DNA of 64,000 nucleotides from Polyangium sp. y55x31 (GTDB lineage Bacteria; Myxococcota_A; Polyangia; Polyangiales; Polyangiaceae): positions 42,927 to 106,926 of the forward strand of contig NZ_JARZHG010000009.1 in the NCBI RefSeq assembly GCF_029946505.1. Reading direction: 5' to 3'. Below, piece by piece: positions 37,344 through 47,203 of the stretch. How positions within the stretch are numbered: the first letter of the stretch is position 1; each line of letters starts with the position of its first letter. Position numbers and translations under genes: made by a program. The notes under the pieces were generated by a model. That model saw nothing but the letters and a program-made list of their open reading frames with translations, searched no databases and was not told the DNA's origin.

Positions 37344-38384
37344 CTACTTTGCGCCCGTCGCGCTCACCTCCCCGCGCCTCGTAGCATTGGCAGCCATCCA
37401 ATCGAAGGGACGGGCGTGGTCGCGCCGAGGTGGCGCGAGCGGCGGGCTCAGGGCGGCGTGGGGGCGTGTCCGTCGCGCGGTGTCCTCCGTGCGTGTTTCG
37501 CTGTCCTGAACCGGGAAAACCATTCGGCGATCGTTCCGCAGGACGACGCCCGCCAACCCGGCGTGACCTGGCTTGGTCTCGTTTGGCATGGCCTGCGGTG
37601 TCCCCCCGGACGGCCATATGCCGAGCGCCACGCCCACGGCGACGCTGCCCATGGCGCGCATCGGGGACCGCGCGAGGGCCGCGCGGAGCCGCACGAATGC
37701 GGAGGTGACGGCCGCCGCGGCCGAGCGCGTGGCCACGACGAGGAGCAGAACCGGGAAGGCGACGAAACGCCGGCCGATACCACGCGAATGCACCTCCTCG
37801 GGGGATTCGAGCCTCGCGTGGAGGAGATCGATGCCACGAGAATAGCGGACGAAGACGGTGGTCGGGGCCAGCTTCGTCTCGGCGGCGATCTCCCGTATGG
37901 ATTTTCCTTCGACCGCGTGTGCGCCGACGATATCCCGCATGTCGGCCGGCAGCGCGTGATAGGCCATTCGCACCGCGGCGTCGTGCTCGTCATCGCGCGG
38001 TCGGGCGATCCGCTCGCCGGGATCGCCCAATGGCGCGAGAGAATCGTATGTCCGACGGCGCTTGGGTTTGAGGTTCGTCATGGCCTCATATTGAGCGAGC
38101 TTGCACATCCACGCGACAAACTCATGCCATTCGCACGTGCTCGGCCGCTCCGCAATGGGCTTGCACAATGCGGTCACGAATGCATCATGCACGACGTCGA
38201 TCCCATGCACATGCGCCCCGAGCCCGATCCGATGCACGTGCGCCATCATTCGCTCGACGAGCTCCCGATAGGCGGAGACCGTGAGATCGAACGGCCGAGC
38301 CATGGGCTCGCCGCTCTTGGGTGGTTCCGTGTCCTCGTCCGGTCCGTCCATCGGTTCGTCCTCGCGCGCAAAAGCAGACCTCAT
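37344..38384 (-). CDS. ECF-type sigma-70 factor with C-terminal transmembrane/anti-sigma-like extension
   Basis: Region 2-like LVERMMAHV...DVVHDAFVTA. Region 4 HTH SIREIAAETKLAPTTVFVRYSRGIDLL. Then a TM helix FVAFPVLLLVVATRSAAAAV and about 120 aa more. Start may be the internal MARPFDL. Confidence 0.65.
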   Translation of the reverse strand: MRSAFAREDEPMDGPDEDTEPPKSGEPMARPFDLTVSAYRELVERMMAHVHRIGLGAHVHGIDVVHDAFVTALCKPIAERPSTCEWHEFVAWMCKLAQYEAMTNLKPKRRRTYDSLAPLGDPGERIARPRDDEHDAAVRMAYHALPADMRDIVGAHAVEGKSIREIAAETKLAPTTVFVRYSRGIDLLHARLESPEEVHSRGIGRRFVAFPVLLLVVATRSAAAAVTSAFVRLRAALARSPMRAMGSVAVGVALGIWPSGGTPQAMPNETKPGHAGLAGVVLRNDRRMVFPVQDSETRTEDTARRTRPHAALSPPLAPPRRDHARPFDWMAANATRRGEVSATGAK

Positions 38385-38609
38385 GCATGTAAAGGTCGCG
38401 AGCGGCCCTGTTGTTCAGAAAAATCGACACGCGCCTCGACGAACGTCCCGGGCGGGTCCGGTCCCGGGGCCAGGCGGCGCCTCGCCGCCGCGTGCTTCGC
38501 CTTCGGGACGCTCTTCCCGGGGACGCGGGCGCACGCGGACGTCCCGCGGCATCGCCTGGATTTCAGGGTGGATCACGCGTTGCCCCTCTGCGACCGGCCG
38601 CTCGTCTTC

Positions 38610-39446
38610 ATGGCGATCCTCACGAACTGGGTGTCCGTGTCCACGTTCGACCCGCCGGCCGCGCGGACGCTCGTCGTGCGCATCCGGCGCGCATCCGACG
38701 CGGCCAAGCTCGCCGACGTGACGATCGTCGACGAGGCCGGGGACGTCGCGGTGGAGGTGCATCGGAGCTACGAGCCGGCGACGGAGTGCTTCGAGGTGCT
38801 CTACGCGACGGCATTCGACGCGGCGAAGCTGCTCGGCGCGTTCGAGCCGCTTCCGCCGCCGCCGCAGCCGCCTCCCTGTCCGCCTTCGCCGCCGCAGCCA
38901 CCGCCGCAGCCGCAACCGCCTCCGCAGCCGCGGCCGTCTCCGCCTCCGCTTCCGAAGCGGTTCTTCGTGGGCGTGGGGGTTGGGGCCTTCCTGAACGTGG
39001 CGCCAGAGCCGTTTCTCGCGCCGCGGGTCTCGGCGGGGTGGAACGTGTCACCGCGGTGGACCGTGGAGCTGGATGTCACGGCGTGGCCATGGATGACGGC
39101 GAACCCGCAGGACGGGCCAACGTCGGTGGACGTGGAGACGTACCTGGGGACGGCGGCGGGGTGTTATCGGTTCGGGCGGTTTCTGACGTGTGGGCTTTTG
39201 GCGGGGGGCGTGCTGCTGGGGAGTGGGACGAACCGTCCGTATGCAAAGCCGTACGCCTCCCCCTTGCTTGGCGTGGGCGGGCGCGTCGCTGCCGAGATCC
39301 CCGTATGGGGCCGGCTCACGTGGCGGTCGGATGTAGACACACTCGGGTTCGTCGTCCCACAAACGCTGCGGGTGAAGGAGCTACCCCTTTCGGACCCGAT
39401 CCCGCTCGCCCTCAGCGTCTCGACCTCCCTCGTGGTCGCGTTCTAG
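38610..39446 (+). CDS. secreted/outer-membrane protein (PPPQ-rich linker, C-terminal beta-barrel-like domain ending ...VVAF); true start uncertain
   Basis: The first in-frame ATG is at 38610. The same frame upstream (about 38440-38540) encodes a textbook signal peptide RRRLAAACFAFGTLFPGTRAHA|D, but I found no ATG, GTG or TTG in frame there. C-terminal aromatic residue. Confidence 0.45.
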   Translation: MAILTNWVSVSTFDPPAARTLVVRIRRASDAAKLADVTIVDEAGDVAVEVHRSYEPATECFEVLYATAFDAAKLLGAFEPLPPPPQPPPCPPSPPQPPPQPQPPPQPRPSPPPLPKRFFVGVGVGAFLNVAPEPFLAPRVSAGWNVSPRWTVELDVTAWPWMTANPQDGPTSVDVETYLGTAAGCYRFGRFLTCGLLAGGVLLGSGTNRPYAKPYASPLLGVGGRVAAEIPVWGRLTWRSDVDTLGFVVPQTLRVKELPLSDPIPLALSVSTSLVVAF

Positions 39447-39450
39447 CGAG

Positions 39451-40656
39451 TCATGACGTGGCAGCCGCGCAACATACCGTCATGGGTTTGTCAAGGGTCA
39501 GTTCGCCGACGGGTTCACCGCCGCTCGGTGTGCAGGTGCCCTTCGTATGGTTGAGGAGCTCGGCTGTCTTCCCGCTGAGCTGCGTGCCGGGCATCAGATC
39601 GGTGCATGGGGCGACCATCCCCGCGGTGATTTGCGCACCCGCCTGGTAGTCCGTGCAGGCAGGCGCACCGAAGACCGACCACAGCACTGCACACATCCCG
39701 CCCGTCGGCGGGCCGCAGGTACAAGCCGAGCACTCGCGCTCGTCCTTCACCACTCCGTAGAGAACATGCCTCTCCCCGCCCCACCCCTCGGGGCACAGAT
39801 GCTCCCCCTCTCGGTAGATACAAAAGGAGTAGTCGTCCCCCGCCGGCCCGCAGACCTTCCCGCTCTGCCCGGGGCAACCAGGCCAGGGCTCGGCGCGGGT
39901 GCACACCCGGCCGAGGGGTGTTTCCGGTCCACCGTTCCAGTACTTGGGGATCTCCTGCTCCGGATCTCCTTTTGTATGTGCCTTGCAGGGCTGCTCCTCG
40001 ATCACCGGAGGCGAGATGGTGATCGACCGGACGCACGGCACGCCGCCGCAGAGCGTGGCGGAGGGGATCGCCTTGTCCTGATTGCAGGTGCCGTCCCAGT
40101 TTGTCGGCGGGTCGAAGTTTGTCTTGACACCACCACCCGGATCGTCGCAGGCAGTGGAGCTGACCGTCCACATCTCCGGGAACCTGCACGTCCCTTCGGG
40201 CTCGTCGCACGAGCACTCGCCACATGGAAGAGGAGGAGGCGCGGGGGTCCCCTCGAACGCTACGATCGGCGTATCGTCCGGACAGGGCGGCGGCTCGCGC
40301 CAGTCCGAGAAGAAGGCGCCGAGCATCCAGTCTTCCGGGGCCTCGTCCACGCAAGCCCCGCCACCCGGGCAAAGCGACGACGTCCCTCCATCCGTTCCCC
40401 CATCCGAGCACTTCGGGGGGAGCGGGGGCGGACCATCGCAGGCATTCGGGCAGTCCCACGGGATGGGTTTCGGCGTGTAGATCCACGGACGGTCCGGATC
40501 AGAGCACGCCTCTGGAAAGGGACAAGGGCAACACCGGTTCGGAACCTCCGGAGGGCAATCGCCGCCGGGGTCGTTGTCCAAACCGCACGAAAGACCGACC
40601 AACGCCGCCCCCCACCCCGCCGCGATCACCAACATAAACCCGACTACCTTGCGCAT
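39451..40656 (-). CDS. Cys/Pro/Gly-rich secreted lipoprotein
   Basis: Lipobox LVGLSCG. More than 40 Cys in 401 aa. The protein sits in a locally lower-GC segment. Confidence 0.55.
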   Translation of the reverse strand: MRKVVGFMLVIAAGWGAALVGLSCGLDNDPGGDCPPEVPNRCCPCPFPEACSDPDRPWIYTPKPIPWDCPNACDGPPPLPPKCSDGGTDGGTSSLCPGGGACVDEAPEDWMLGAFFSDWREPPPCPDDTPIVAFEGTPAPPPLPCGECSCDEPEGTCRFPEMWTVSSTACDDPGGGVKTNFDPPTNWDGTCNQDKAIPSATLCGGVPCVRSITISPPVIEEQPCKAHTKGDPEQEIPKYWNGGPETPLGRVCTRAEPWPGCPGQSGKVCGPAGDDYSFCIYREGEHLCPEGWGGERHVLYGVVKDERECSACTCGPPTGGMCAVLWSVFGAPACTDYQAGAQITAGMVAPCTDLMPGTQLSGKTAELLNHTKGTCTPSGGEPVGELTLDKPMTVCCAAATS

Positions 40657-40701
40657 GCCGCAAGCCTACCGGGGTTGTCGCCGACGAGGCAACCCGATCC
40701 A

Positions 40702-40734
40702 CAAAAAAAGTTCGTCCCGGGATCCCGGGACGAA
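40702..40734 (-). terminator. rho-independent terminator (minus strand)
   Basis: Perfect 13-bp stem GTTCGTCCCGGGA / TCCCGGGACGAAC. On the minus strand it is followed by TTTTTTT (plus strand AAAAAAA at 40702-40708). Confidence 0.6.
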
Positions 40735-41060
40735 CGAGGCACGATGGCCTAAAAGGCGGAGGACCGCACTCCCACGAGGTCCGCACAATTTGTTTTTTTG
40801 GGGTTTTACTCGGTCCCGTCTCCCGGTGCTACCGGGTGGGTGCTCGCGAGTCGCAGGTGCGCGGAGCGTGGGCCCGTCCTCCTGAGAAATGGTTTGCCCG
40901 AGGAGGGGGCGGAAGGCAAGAGGAAAAGGGGACGTACCCGGAAAAACTTGTTCCCGGCCCGGGCGGGTGGGGAGGAGGGGTCGGGAGGGTCGGGACAAAC
41001 GGGTGGGGGACGCAAACGGTTCGCAGTGGACAGAGACGCCAGTAGCGGTGGGTGGGCGCG

Positions 41061-41591
41061 CTACTGAGTCGAGAGAGGCGGCACAGGAAAGACGGGGTCT
41101 TGGTTGTTTTCCTTCGCCCACTGCGCGTACCGTTCCCGCCACGTGCGATGCGCCGGGCATCGTTCTTTTCTCACCGCGTCCTGGCAGTCGCGCCAGTGGT
41201 AGACACTGTCGCCCTCCCATTCGCTCTCGTCGTTATCAGGCCAGAACAGAGGATCGCAGCGCTCCCGGGCGACAACGAGATCGCGCCAAAACCTGGCGCC
41301 GCTCGGATCCTCGCAGGGCGTCCCACACCACATCGGGTCGAGCTCGGTGCATGTGATTTGCTCAGGGCAGAAGTACATCACACAGCCGGCCTGACAAGCG
41401 TCGAAGACCCCTTCCTCGACGTAGTTGCACGGCCAGTGCGCTCGACTCCCACACCAGTCGAACACGAACCCGAGCTCCGTCTTGCAAGACTCCGGGCTCG
41501 GCTCGTGCCAGTCGTCCGCGCGCGAGCCCGAGCCTAGGCTCAGGAAGGCGACGGCAATGATGACGATGAGCGCTGCGCCATGACGTCTCAT
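41061..41591 (-). CDS. Cys/Trp-rich small secreted protein
   Basis: Signal peptide MRRHGAALIVIIAVAFLSLGSGSRA. About 14 Cys. Confidence 0.5.
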   Translation of the reverse strand: MRRHGAALIVIIAVAFLSLGSGSRADDWHEPSPESCKTELGFVFDWCGSRAHWPCNYVEEGVFDACQAGCVMYFCPEQITCTELDPMWCGTPCEDPSGARFWRDLVVARERCDPLFWPDNDESEWEGDSVYHWRDCQDAVRKERCPAHRTWRERYAQWAKENNQDPVFPVPPLSTQ

Positions 41592-41673
41592 GTACTGATC
41601 TCCTTCGTCGCTCGCGCGGCCGGAACTTTACACCACCGGGTCCAGCAACGCGAGCGTGTGTTCCTCGGTCCCC

Positions 41674-42195
41674 TCAGATCCCGCCCTGGCCCCCGGCTCC
41701 GGGGTCGGCCCATACGCTGCCCGCGCCACCGGCGCCCTGCTCGTCGAACCAGTAGTCGCCGCTGCCGGCCCCCACCCCCACCGTGACGAACGTCCCACCC
41801 GTGGAGCCGGTAAAATCCGGCCCGTTCGATGGGCTGGGCGCGTCGAGGCAGATCAGCTCCGGCGAAGCCTCGAGCTTGCAGTCGGGGTTCCAGGTGATGT
41901 CCTTCTTATCACGCGCCTTGCTTATGCAGGAGTCCCTGTTGTCGCTTGCGCTCCCCCGGTCGACGATCTGGGGATCCAAGAGTGAAGACAGCGGGATCCG
42001 CTTGATAGGGCGGCCGTGGCCAAAATCGCACACCTCAACGATGTTGCACTGCACCGCAGGCCCCCGGATCTCGTTGGCTTGACCCTTCACTCGGTCCCAG
42101 GTGCGCGCCGGGTTCTTACACTCCTTCTCACACCCCACCCCAAACAGAACCCCCCACACCACCAAGACCCCGACCACGACCCGCTGCATACACAT
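41674..42195 (-). CDS. Cys-containing secreted lipoprotein
   Basis: MCMQRVVVGVLVVWGVLFGVGCEKEC lipobox signal. Start is ATG 42195 or 42189. The 5' part of the 268-aa ORF is a G-rich artefact. Confidence 0.45.
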   Translation of the reverse strand: MCMQRVVVGVLVVWGVLFGVGCEKECKNPARTWDRVKGQANEIRGPAVQCNIVEVCDFGHGRPIKRIPLSSLLDPQIVDRGSASDNRDSCISKARDKKDITWNPDCKLEASPELICLDAPSPSNGPDFTGSTGGTFVTVGVGAGSGDYWFDEQGAGGAGSVWADPGAGGQGGI

Positions 42196-42736
42196 CCCCT
42201 GTCCGCCGCGGCCCCACGGCCCTCCGGCGCGCCCACGCGTCGCCCACGCGCACACGTGATCCCCCTTGCCAGACCATCCCCCACCGGGCCAACTATGCCC
42301 GACCAGAACCCCCGACCCACAAAGCCCAAAGGCCCACCTCCGAAGAGCATCCGCGCATTCGTGGAGCCCATCGCCCAGGGCCCCCGCGCCACCGGAGTAC
42401 CCTCCAACGGTCGGCCACGACCCTCCAAGGCTATCCCCGCGGCCTCCAAGGCTCGCCAATGGCCCTGGAGCATGTCTCACGGGTCCCCAAGCCCCTCGAC
42501 CGACCCTCCAAGGCTATCCGGATGCCCTCCAGGGCCATCCGCCGTCCCACCCCCCTGAGCCGCCCAGACGCGGAATCACGGGCCCTCCTCGCGACGGCTC
42601 CGCCGACCCTCCCCAGGCATCTCGCCCGAGCCTCCGAGGATACCGCCCTCGGCTTGGAACGTACGGACGTCCACCCGCGTTGTGCGATCGTCAATCCCAA
42701 ACGGCCGAGCGCCGCAAAACGGAAAGGGAGGCGGTC

Positions 42737-43213
42737 ATGGGTACCCCAAAGAACCCCGAGGTGGGCGACCTCATCATCGACGCAAGTGATATCAAGGTAA
42801 CGGACATCACGCCGGAGCAGATTCAAAAGCTCACGAAGCTACGCGACGGATTCGAGGCCGCCGTCAAGAATATCCTCGGCCTGAAGCCCGAAGACGCCGA
42901 CCGCGCAGGGCTCAACGAGAAAGACAAGGACCGGCTCGCGGCTGCTTTCGCCCGGGATCAGCGGATCGGCGAGCTCCTGCCCGCCTCGCAAAAGCTCACG
43001 GAGCTGCTCCACGAGACGCGCCAGACGACGCGGCACGAGATCGCCACGATCCTCGCCGAGAACGCCGCGCAGGCCAAGCGCAGGGCAGACCGCGTGCAGA
43101 ATGGGGCCGAGGTGCTCGGTCCCGTCGCGCCATTGATGGACTACCAGTATGGGCCGGCCAACAAGGCCGCCGCCACGAAAGAAAAAGCCAAGGAGCCAAA
43201 GCCGGAGGGCTGA
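42737..43213 (+). CDS. hypothetical protein (helical, Lys/Glu-rich; atypical lower-GC codon usage)
   Basis: ATG at 42737 with GGGAGG SD. 158 aa. Codons such as ggtacc, gtaacg, aagcta are unusual for this genome. Confidence 0.5.
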   Translation: MGTPKNPEVGDLIIDASDIKVTDITPEQIQKLTKLRDGFEAAVKNILGLKPEDADRAGLNEKDKDRLAAAFARDQRIGELLPASQKLTELLHETRQTTRHEIATILAENAAQAKRRADRVQNGAEVLGPVAPLMDYQYGPANKAAATKEKAKEPKPEG

Positions 43214-43214
43214 A

Positions 43215-46200
43215 TCAAGCCGCGCCGAGGCACGTGAGCTCATCCCGTCTCCGCCGCAATCGCTCGCCCATCACGTTCGGAATCCGCGACGCCGCTGCCA
43301 GAGCCTTGTCGAGCTGACGCATCGCCCGCTCGCGCTGGCCGAGGCGACATGCATGCATTGCCCGCGCCTCCAGCACCTCGAGGTGCTCCTGCCCCACGCT
43401 CGCGCGGGCCGAGCGGGCTTCGAGCGCCTCCCACGCCGATTCGATGTCCGCGAGGCCGCCCGCGTCGTCCCCCGTCGCGAGCTCGATCATCGCGCAAAGC
43501 ACGTCCTCCGAGGGCGACATCTCGGCCGCGCCGCCGCGTAATGCCGAGGCAATGGCGCGCGCCGTCCGCGCGTCGCCGCGAACGAGGGCGATCCGCGCGT
43601 CGAGCAGGGCGAGCATGGCCGGACGTACGCAGCCGGCCCGCCGCGCCGCGACGGCGAGCGCCGCGCGAATCATGGGCTCGGCGGCCTCGACGTCGTCCAT
43701 CCAGTACAGGTGCTCGGCGAGGTTGTAATGACCCGCGAGCTCCATCGTCGGCTGGCCGAGCTCGCGGCCGAGCTCACTCGTACGCTCGAAGTCCCGGATC
43801 ATGCCCTCGCGATCGCCACGAAGAGCCCGGACCATGGCGCGGGTGTTCCACGCGGCGCCGAGGTGCAAAAGGTCGCCGCGCTCCTCGCAACGGCGAATGA
43901 CCTCGTCGAGCAACGCCGCGGCCTCGTCGACCCGGCCGAGCAAGGGCAATAGGTATCCGAGGAGGAGATGCGCAATGACGTACGTCTCGTATCCCTCGTC
44001 GCCGAGGCGGCTCGCGAGATCGGCCGCGCGCGAGAGCTCGACCGCGGCCTCCTCCTCGCGCTCGGCCCGCACGGCCGAACGGCCGACGCCGAGCAAGAGG
44101 CGCGCTTCGAGGAGCGGCGAGCGCGACGAGAGGGCCTCGTCCTCGACACGCGCGGCGAGCACGCGGCGCTCGGCCTCGCGATATTCGCCCATCCAGTCGA
44201 GCACCATGGCCTCGTCGAGGTAAAGCTCCACGATGATCGACGCCTCCCCGCGCCGCGCCGCGCCCTCGCGCGCCCGCGCGAGCTCGCTCAGCGCGTCGTG
44301 AAAGCGGCCCAGGCGAAAACGCGAGAGGCCGCGGCCGCGCTGCGCGAGCGTCGGCAGCTCGCCCCAGAGCGCCTCGGCCTTGCCATAACATCGCTCGGCG
44401 TCGAGGTAATCCTTGCGGGCCGCCGATTGCTCGGCCGAGGCCAGGTAAAACGAGGCCGCCCGCACCGCCACGCCCCCGCGCTCGAAATGTTCCGCCAGGA
44501 CGAGCGCGTCGGCCTCGCCCTTCTCCTCCAGCCATTCGGCCGCGAGGTGGTGGCCGAGCGCGCGATCCTCGTCCGTGAGCATCGCATACGCGCCCTCGCG
44601 CCAGAGCGCCTGCCGGAACGCATATTGAGGTTCGCCCGGAATGCGGCTCTCGCGCTCGCGCGTGACGATTTCGTGCGTGACGAGGGCCGCGAGGTCGCGC
44701 GCGACGGACTCGTCGGCGGCGCCCGCGAGACGCGCGACGGCGCCGCGCCAGAAGACCTCGCCGAGGATGCTCGCGGCGCGCAAGGTGCGGCGCGTGCTCG
44801 GGTCCAATCGTTCGAGGCGTGATTGCACCATCGCCACGACCGTCCCAGGCGGGGTGCCGCCGCGGCCCTCGGCCTCGGCGCGGATGAGCTCTTCCAGGAA
44901 AAACGGGTGCCCCTCGGAGGACGCGACGAGGCGCTCTTCGAGCCCGGCGCGGAGCTCGCCGAGCGCGTGGCGGACGAGGCGCACACAAGCGCGCGGCGAG
45001 AGCTGCCGGAGGCGGACGTCCTGACGGCCGCGGCTCGACCAGAGGCCGGGGAAGAGCTCGTCGATCTCGGGGCGCGCCGACGCGAGGAGGAAGATCGGCT
45101 CGAACGCGAGGCCCTCGAGCGCGGCGTCGAGCGCGAGCAGCGAAGCGCGGTCGCCCCAGTGCACGTCTTCGAGGAGGAGGACCAAGGGTTTGTCCGCGCA
45201 CTCGGCGCGCAAGAAATCGCGGAGGGCGCGCTGCATCTGCTCGCCGCAAAGCTCGGGGTCCTGGCGCGCGGCGCGGAGCGGCAAGTCTTCGTCGTCCGGG
45301 AATGGCACGCCCGCGAGCTCGCCGAGGAAGTTCGCGACGCGACGGCGATCCCGCTCGGGGACACGACGCGTGACGCGGGCGTAGAAGAGCTCGCGGCGGC
45401 GCGCGAGGGGCTCGCCGCCGCGGATGCCCGAGGCGCCGCGCAGGACCTCGGCGAGCAGGCCGAAGCTCGACGCAACACGCAAAGGGTCGCCGCGGCCGAA
45501 CCAGATCTCGGCGGGCTCGACGCTGGCCCGCTGGCGCTCGACGAATTCGTGGAGCAAGCGCGATTTGCCGATGCCCGCGGGGCCGGAGACGACGACGACA
45601 CGCGCGGCCGGCTCGCTCTTGCACGCGCCGAAGGTGAGGTCGAAGAGGCCGAGCTCGTGCTCACGGCCGACACAAGGCGTGGCCTTGCCGAGCAGGGGCC
45701 GCGAGACCTCGAAGCTCGCGCGCTCGCCGAGGAGCGCGAAGCCGCCGCCTTCGAGGGCCTCGACGTCGAAGCGCGCGTCGAGCAGGCCCGCCGTGGTCTC
45801 GTCGAGGGCGATACGCGCCTCGCGGCTCCGCGCGTGGAGGAGCCGCGCGGCGCGGTCGATGGCCTCGCCGACGGGCACGCCACGCGCGCGCTCGCCGAAG
45901 CCCGCGGCGACGGCCATGGCGGCCCCGGGCGCGCGCTCCCAGAGCGCGAGCGCGCAGCGGGCGACGTGGGCGGCGACGTCGGTGGGCACGCGCGTCCGAT
46001 CGATGACGACGGCCGCGGTGCCGTCCGCGAAGACCTCGAGGTGCCCGCCGAAGCGCTCGGCGATCGCGCCGAGGTCGTCCGTCGGCGAGGCGCAGGCGAG
46101 CGTGGTCGTCGGGCCGAGCGCGCCGAGCGCGGCTTCGCGGCGGCCGCGGAGCACGACGCCGAGGAACCTCCGCTCGCCCTCGCCGAGCGTCGATCGGGGC

Positions 46201-47174
46201 GCGGACGAGCGCGGCGCCTCCGAGCTCGGGGGCTCGAGGTCCTTCTCGGCGGCGAGCGCGATCGCCGCGGCCGCGCCGTCCTGCGGCCTCCCGAGCGGAT
46301 CCTTCGCGAGCATGCGGGCGATGAGGCTGTCGAGCCACGACGGCACGGAGGGCGCGCGCTCGCTGAGGCGCGGCGCATCCTCGAAGATGATCTTCGCGAG
46401 GACGGCGATCGTGTGATCGGCGCGGAAGGGCGGCGCCCCGGTGATGCACTCGAACATCAGGCAGCCGAGCGAGAAGACGTCGGCGCTCGCCTTGACGATG
46501 CTGCCGCTGCGGACCTGCTCGGGCGCCATGTAGCTCGGCGTGCCGATGACGGTGCCGGTCTGCGTGATGCGCGAGGCCTCGCCGCAATGGGCGATGCCAA
46601 AGTCGAGGATGCGCGGCTCCGCGACGGATCCGTTCACGAGGAAGACGTTCTGCGGCTTGAGATCACGGTGCACGATGCCGGCGTCGTGCGCGACGGCGAG
46701 GGCCTCGGCGAGGCGATGGCCGAGCGTGACGGCCTCGCGGAGCGAGAGCGGCCCGCGGGCGAGCCTGCGCCCGAGGTCCTCGCCTTCGAGCCATTCCATC
46801 ACGAGCAGCGGGCTCGACGCCGAGGACGTGTCGTAGGCGACGTAGCGGACGATGCCCGGATGCGAGAGGCGCTCGAGAATCTGCGCCTCGCGACGGAAGC
46901 GCGAGAGGCTTTCGGGAGAAACGGCGACGAGGATCTTCGCGGCGACGACGTGACCGGTCACGAGGTCGGTGGCGCGAAAGATTTCGCCCATCCCCCCTGC
47001 ATTGACACGCGCCTCGACGCGGAAGCGCCCACCGAGCACTTCTCCCGGCCGCACGAGGGGAAGCGTAACCCTAGGATTTCCCGCGTCCAGGGACCATCGG
47101 AAAGGAAACGACAATCGATATCCGACCGGGTCGAATCGTAATGGTGTGGAGCCGCCTGGAACGGAGGGCGTCAT
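43215..47174 (-). CDS. Ser/Thr protein kinase - AAA+ (STAND-like) ATPase - TPR-like fusion, copy 2
   Basis: ATG at 47174. Kinase motifs HRDLKPQNV, DFGIA, YMAPEQ. Walker A VSGPAGIGKSRLL. Helical repeats follow. It is collinear with copy 3 at high identity and with copy 1 at lower identity. Confidence 0.85.
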   Translation of the reverse strand: MTPSVPGGSTPLRFDPVGYRLSFPFRWSLDAGNPRVTLPLVRPGEVLGGRFRVEARVNAGGMGEIFRATDLVTGHVVAAKILVAVSPESLSRFRREAQILERLSHPGIVRYVAYDTSSASSPLLVMEWLEGEDLGRRLARGPLSLREAVTLGHRLAEALAVAHDAGIVHRDLKPQNVFLVNGSVAEPRILDFGIAHCGEASRITQTGTVIGTPSYMAPEQVRSGSIVKASADVFSLGCLMFECITGAPPFRADHTIAVLAKIIFEDAPRLSERAPSVPSWLDSLIARMLAKDPLGRPQDGAAAAIALAAEKDLEPPSSEAPRSSAPRSTLGEGERRFLGVVLRGRREAALGALGPTTTLACASPTDDLGAIAERFGGHLEVFADGTAAVVIDRTRVPTDVAAHVARCALALWERAPGAAMAVAAGFGERARGVPVGEAIDRAARLLHARSREARIALDETTAGLLDARFDVEALEGGGFALLGERASFEVSRPLLGKATPCVGREHELGLFDLTFGACKSEPAARVVVVSGPAGIGKSRLLHEFVERQRASVEPAEIWFGRGDPLRVASSFGLLAEVLRGASGIRGGEPLARRRELFYARVTRRVPERDRRRVANFLGELAGVPFPDDEDLPLRAARQDPELCGEQMQRALRDFLRAECADKPLVLLLEDVHWGDRASLLALDAALEGLAFEPIFLLASARPEIDELFPGLWSSRGRQDVRLRQLSPRACVRLVRHALGELRAGLEERLVASSEGHPFFLEELIRAEAEGRGGTPPGTVVAMVQSRLERLDPSTRRTLRAASILGEVFWRGAVARLAGAADESVARDLAALVTHEIVTRERESRIPGEPQYAFRQALWREGAYAMLTDEDRALGHHLAAEWLEEKGEADALVLAEHFERGGVAVRAASFYLASAEQSAARKDYLDAERCYGKAEALWGELPTLAQRGRGLSRFRLGRFHDALSELARAREGAARRGEASIIVELYLDEAMVLDWMGEYREAERRVLAARVEDEALSSRSPLLEARLLLGVGRSAVRAEREEEAAVELSRAADLASRLGDEGYETYVIAHLLLGYLLPLLGRVDEAAALLDEVIRRCEERGDLLHLGAAWNTRAMVRALRGDREGMIRDFERTSELGRELGQPTMELAGHYNLAEHLYWMDDVEAAEPMIRAALAVAARRAGCVRPAMLALLDARIALVRGDARTARAIASALRGGAAEMSPSEDVLCAMIELATGDDAGGLADIESAWEALEARSARASVGQEHLEVLEARAMHACRLGQRERAMRQLDKALAAASRIPNVMGERLRRRRDELTCLGAA

Positions 47175-47203
47175 GGGAAGGGGACTGCACTTTCCGGGTG
47201 GTA

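Noticed and set aside
38411-39649. 412-aa + ORF
   Set aside because: Arg/Gly/Ala-rich artefact in an alternative frame of the OM-protein gene and antisense to the Cys-rich lipoprotein.
44288-46378. 696-aa - strand ORF and the 772-aa + ORF at 44823..47141
   Set aside because: Alternative frames or antisense of kinase copy 2. Ser/Arg/Ala-rich, with no signal, motif or RBS.
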